33,626 nt of DNA, taken from contig JAKEEL010000094.1 of the NCBI GenBank assembly GCA_022616595.1, positions 1-33,626 on the forward strand, given 5' to 3'. A program made the translations under genes and the position numbers. Source of the DNA: Methylococcaceae bacterium. Lineage in GTDB: Bacteria; Pseudomonadota; Gammaproteobacteria; Methylococcales; UBA1147. Below, in pieces: positions 30,825 to 33,626 of this stretch (within the stretch, counting starts at the first letter, position 1; every line of letters starts with the position of its first letter). Under the pieces are notes generated by a model. The model did not search any database, had not been told where the DNA came from, and was given only the letters and a program-made list of their open reading frames with translations.

Positions 30825-30909
30825 TTCCGATGCCCGGAACCCTCCGCAATCGAATCTTTCCTGCGCTCGTCCTGTTCGATCCCTGCAACGCGGAGGCCAG
30901 TCCCGAGCC

Positions 30910-32100
30910 ATGTGGAAATTTCTTAAGAACATCCTGCTCAGTCCCTCGGTCGATGAATCCGACCTGAGCCGGCGCCTCGATCAAATTCGCAAGGATCTGC
31001 CGGCACCGGTATTCTGGTTGCTCGGCAAGACGCAATCCGGGAAGACAGCCATCATTCGGGCGCTCACGGGGCACGAGCAAGCTCAAATCGGCAATGGATT
31101 CCAGCCCTGCACCCGGTTTTCCCGGATCTACCATTTCCCGGATGAGGACGACTGCCTGATGCGTTTTCTCGATACCCGCGGAATCGGAGAAGTCGATTAT
31201 GACGCGAGCAAGGACATCGAGATCTTTTCGCGCCAGACGCACGTATTGATCCTCGTGATGAAAGCCATGGATCATGCCCAGAAACCGGTCATCGACGCGC
31301 TGCAAAAGATCCTTGCGAAACAGCCCGACTGGCCGGTCATTGTGGCCCAGACCTGCCTGCACGAGGGATACGCGAGAGCCTCGGAGCCGCATATCCAGCC
31401 TTATCCTTTTGTGGATTCGGAAAAGAGTGATCGGATTCCAGGGAAACTTGCGCGTTCTTTGCGTCAACAACGAGGGATGATCGAGCAGGCCGGGATCCAC
31501 GCGATTTTCGTGCCCCTGGATTTTACGTTGCCGGCAGACGGCTATGAACCGGTTTTTTACGGCTTGGAGGCTTTTTGGAACGCGCTCGAAAAATCCCTGC
31601 CGGAAGGGGTTTTAGTATTACTTCTGGATGCGCGCGAGGCGCGTGAACAGATCCGCGATTTGTACCGGTCGACGGTGCATCCGCATATCGTCGCGTACTC
31701 GATCGTCGCGGGCATGGCGGGCGCGGTTCCTTTGCCCTTTGTCGATATCCCGCTGGTGGCCGCGATCCAGCTCAAGCTCTTTCAAACCATCGCTTCCGTG
31801 TATCAGCAGTCCTTGAACCGGCGGCGGCTTCAGGATATCGGCAGCGCGATCGGGATTGGCTTTCTGAGCAATCTGGGTAAACGCGAGCTGTTGAAATTCG
31901 TTCCGGCTTACGGGCTTGCCGCGGCTTCGGTCATGACCGCGGCATCCACCTACGCGCTCGGAAAAACCCTGGATCTCTATTTCAGCCACTCGATGCATGG
32001 AGGGGTCAAGGAACGCGCGATTTACCAGGAAATTTATCGGGAGCAGATGGAACGGGGCAAGCACTTGCTGAAGTCCTATATGAATGCGCAAAAAAGCTAA
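30910..32100 (+). CDS. P-loop GTPase with a hydrophobic DUF697-like C-terminal domain (397 aa)
   Basis: This is the first ATG in ORF 30568..32100(+) that does not overlap the PilZ gene. G1 is LLGKTQSGKT (nt 31024-31047), G3 is FLDTRG, and VMKAMD is G4-like. The hydrophobic C-terminus is IVAGMAGAVPLPFVDIPLVAAIQLKLFQTIASVY...AYGLAAASVMTAASTYALG. Confidence 0.7.
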   Translation: MWKFLKNILLSPSVDESDLSRRLDQIRKDLPAPVFWLLGKTQSGKTAIIRALTGHEQAQIGNGFQPCTRFSRIYHFPDEDDCLMRFLDTRGIGEVDYDASKDIEIFSRQTHVLILVMKAMDHAQKPVIDALQKILAKQPDWPVIVAQTCLHEGYARASEPHIQPYPFVDSEKSDRIPGKLARSLRQQRGMIEQAGIHAIFVPLDFTLPADGYEPVFYGLEAFWNALEKSLPEGVLVLLLDAREAREQIRDLYRSTVHPHIVAYSIVAGMAGAVPLPFVDIPLVAAIQLKLFQTIASVYQQSLNRRRLQDIGSAIGIGFLSNLGKRELLKFVPAYGLAAASVMTAASTYALGKTLDLYFSHSMHGGVKERAIYQEIYREQMERGKHLLKSYMNAQKS

Positions 32101-32113
32101 GCCAGTATCCGGT

Positions 32114-33626
32114 ATGGAAAATCTTTTTCAGCGCTGCATCGTCCTGATCATTCTGATTCTCGGCGCATTGCCCTGGCTCTTGCTGGCCTTGGCCGGATTA
32201 CAGTGGTTGTGGCAGGAGCAATGGATCGCGGTCTGGTCCGCAATCATGATCGGCGCTTCGTTGATTGGCTGGATTGCCGCCCGGCGCTTCAGTGCCAAGG
32301 CAATGAAGCCGCCGGTTCCGGACTCCCTCAAGGCCGGACCCGCAGCAAATTGGTCGCGGACGCAAACGGAGGCCTGGAACAGCGTGGAATCGATTTGCGA
32401 GCGGATCGAGTGCGAAAAACCGGCGCTGGATGACTGGCCCGCCTATATGGCCCTGTTCAAGGAGACCATCGAAACGGTCGCCGCGCATTTTCATGCGGAC
32501 CGGGAACATTCCTTTCTCGAATTGCGCGTCCCGGATTTTTTGCGGATCGTGGAGTTGCTTTCGCGTGATTTGCGCGTGCTGGCCACCGAGAATATTCCCG
32601 GCAGTCATATCGTCACGATCAACGATGTGCTGAAAGGTCACAGGATGATCAAGCGCTTGAAGAAAATCTACAACTATTACCGGCTGGCGATCTTCGCGGT
32701 GGCGCCCGTGAACGCGATCGTGAACGAGATCCGTAACCGGATTACCGGGAATACCGCTTCCCTGGTTTATCAGGAGATGAAGCGGTATCTGACCTGCGCC
32801 TGCGTCAGGAAAGCGGGATTTTACGCGATCCGATTGTATAGCGGGGAGCTCGATTTCGATTCGGAAGAGTTCGAGTCCTATGTCAGCGCCGCGTCCGAAA
32901 AAGACCGGCTCCTGACTCGAGAAAGGCACGATCAAATGGCCCGGGAGCCCTTGCGGATCGTCGTGGTTGGACAAACCGGCAGCGGCAAATCGAGCCTCAT
33001 CAATCACCTGTTCGGCGAACTCAAGACCGCGGTGGATGTGGTCCCTACCACCAAAGGGATCGAGCCCTTCGTGCTGGAAAGGGAGGGCCTTCCCGACGCG
33101 ATCATCATCGATACCGGCGGATATGAAGACAGGTCCGGCCAGGATGGCGGGCTGGATCTGATCGAGCAGTCACTGGACAAAGCCGACTTGATCATCCTGG
33201 TCTGCATCGCGAACCAAGCCTCGCGGGATGCGGACAAGAACCTGCTGCAAACGATGCGCAAACGCTTTCGCAAAAATAATCGGGAAGCTCCGGAATGCAT
33301 CGTCGCATTGACCCACATCGATCGCCTGCGCCCTTTCCGCGAATGGTTTCCGCCCTATCGCCTCGATCCGCCCGAGGGCGCAAAATCACAGACGATCGTC
33401 GCGGCGATGGAGTCCGCGGCAAAGGACCTCGGCCTCGCGATCGCGCAGGTTGTACCCTTGAATCTTCAGGACGGTTACAACGTCGAGGAAGCCCTGATTC
33501 CAACCATTCTGAGACATTTGCCCGAAGCGCGGCGGCATCAATACCTGCGCTGCCTGAGATCGTTCCATGATGAAAAGTACTGGGAGCGGATTTGGCGCCA
33601 AAGCCGCGGGGCGGGGAGGTTGCTGG
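32114..33626 (+). CDS. Membrane-anchored P-loop GTPase, 5' partial (at least 504 aa, runs off the right edge)
   Basis: Not in the ORF track because there is no stop inside the window. My own translation from ATG 32114 gives MENLFQRCIVLIILILGALPWLLLALAGLQWLWQEQWIAVWSAIMIGASLIGWIAA (two TM helices). It continues to RIVVVGQTGSGKSSLINHLFG (G1, nt 32969-32992), IIIDTGG (G3) and VALTHID (G4-like). The frame stays open to 33626. The start is 13 nt after the stop of the preceding GTPase gene. Confidence 0.7.
   Translation, partial: MENLFQRCIVLIILILGALPWLLLALAGLQWLWQEQWIAVWSAIMIGASLIGWIAARRFSAKAMKPPVPDSLKAGPAANWSRTQTEAWNSVESICERIECEKPALDDWPAYMALFKETIETVAAHFHADREHSFLELRVPDFLRIVELLSRDLRVLATENIPGSHIVTINDVLKGHRMIKRLKKIYNYYRLAIFAVAPVNAIVNEIRNRITGNTASLVYQEMKRYLTCACVRKAGFYAIRLYSGELDFDSEEFESYVSAASEKDRLLTRERHDQMAREPLRIVVVGQTGSGKSSLINHLFGELKTAVDVVPTTKGIEPFVLEREGLPDAIIIDTGGYEDRSGQDGGLDLIEQSLDKADLIILVCIANQASRDADKNLLQTMRKRFRKNNREAPECIVALTHIDRLRPFREWFPPYRLDPPEGAKSQTIVAAMESAAKDLGLAIAQVVPLNLQDGYNVEEALIPTILRHLPEARRHQYLRCLRSFHDEKYWERIWRQSRGAGRLL

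Noticed and set aside
30568-30909. N-terminal 114-codon extension of the GTPase-1 ORF (the track lists 30568..32100).
   Set aside because: The extension overlaps the PilZ gene out of frame and is Ser/Arg-rich. The first start codon after the PilZ stop is ATG 30910, which gives a normal distance to the P-loop.

Overview
Chromosomal segment of a probable gammaproteobacterium, about 55-60% GC by eye. The taxon guess rests on the housekeeping block pyrG-kdsA-eno-ftsB-ispD-ispF / surE-pcm at 20.3-27.2 kb. I recognised no rRNA, tRNA, CRISPR array, transposase, integrase or phage gene.

Layout:
(i) 1-3.3 kb: a nucleotidyltransferase interrupted by an in-frame TAG, a HAD phosphatase, a stand-alone retropepsin-like aspartic protease, murI, and an orphan small ORF.
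(ii) 3.4-12.4 kb: a divergently organised envelope-glycoconjugate cluster with visibly lower GC. One arm is SDR + GT4. The other arm is a polytopic membrane protein, a polyprenyl-phosphate GT2, an SDR fused to a membrane tail, a GMC flavoprotein, and a UPF0104 flippase-like protein.
(iii) 12.39-12.87 kb: an oversized convergent spacer with a cluster of DnaA-box-like 9-mers and an AT-rich core. The core holds a near-consensus sigma70 promoter facing a hairpin/T-tract, which suggests an orphan small transcript.
(iv) 12.9-19.1 kb: icmF, divergent from a thiolase and an acyl-CoA carboxyltransferase beta subunit.
(v) 27.2-33.6 kb: a GDPD phosphodiesterase, acetoacetyl-CoA synthetase, a YcgR-like PilZ c-di-GMP receptor, and two tandem membrane-associated P-loop GTPases. 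The second GTPase runs off the window.

Best candidates for undescribed biology:
- the lipid-linked sugar modification cluster, especially the translationally coupled SDR-membrane fusion and GMC oxidoreductase;
- the PilZ / twin-GTPase locus;
- the non-coding convergent spacer.

All functional calls come from motif recognition by eye. No database search was run.
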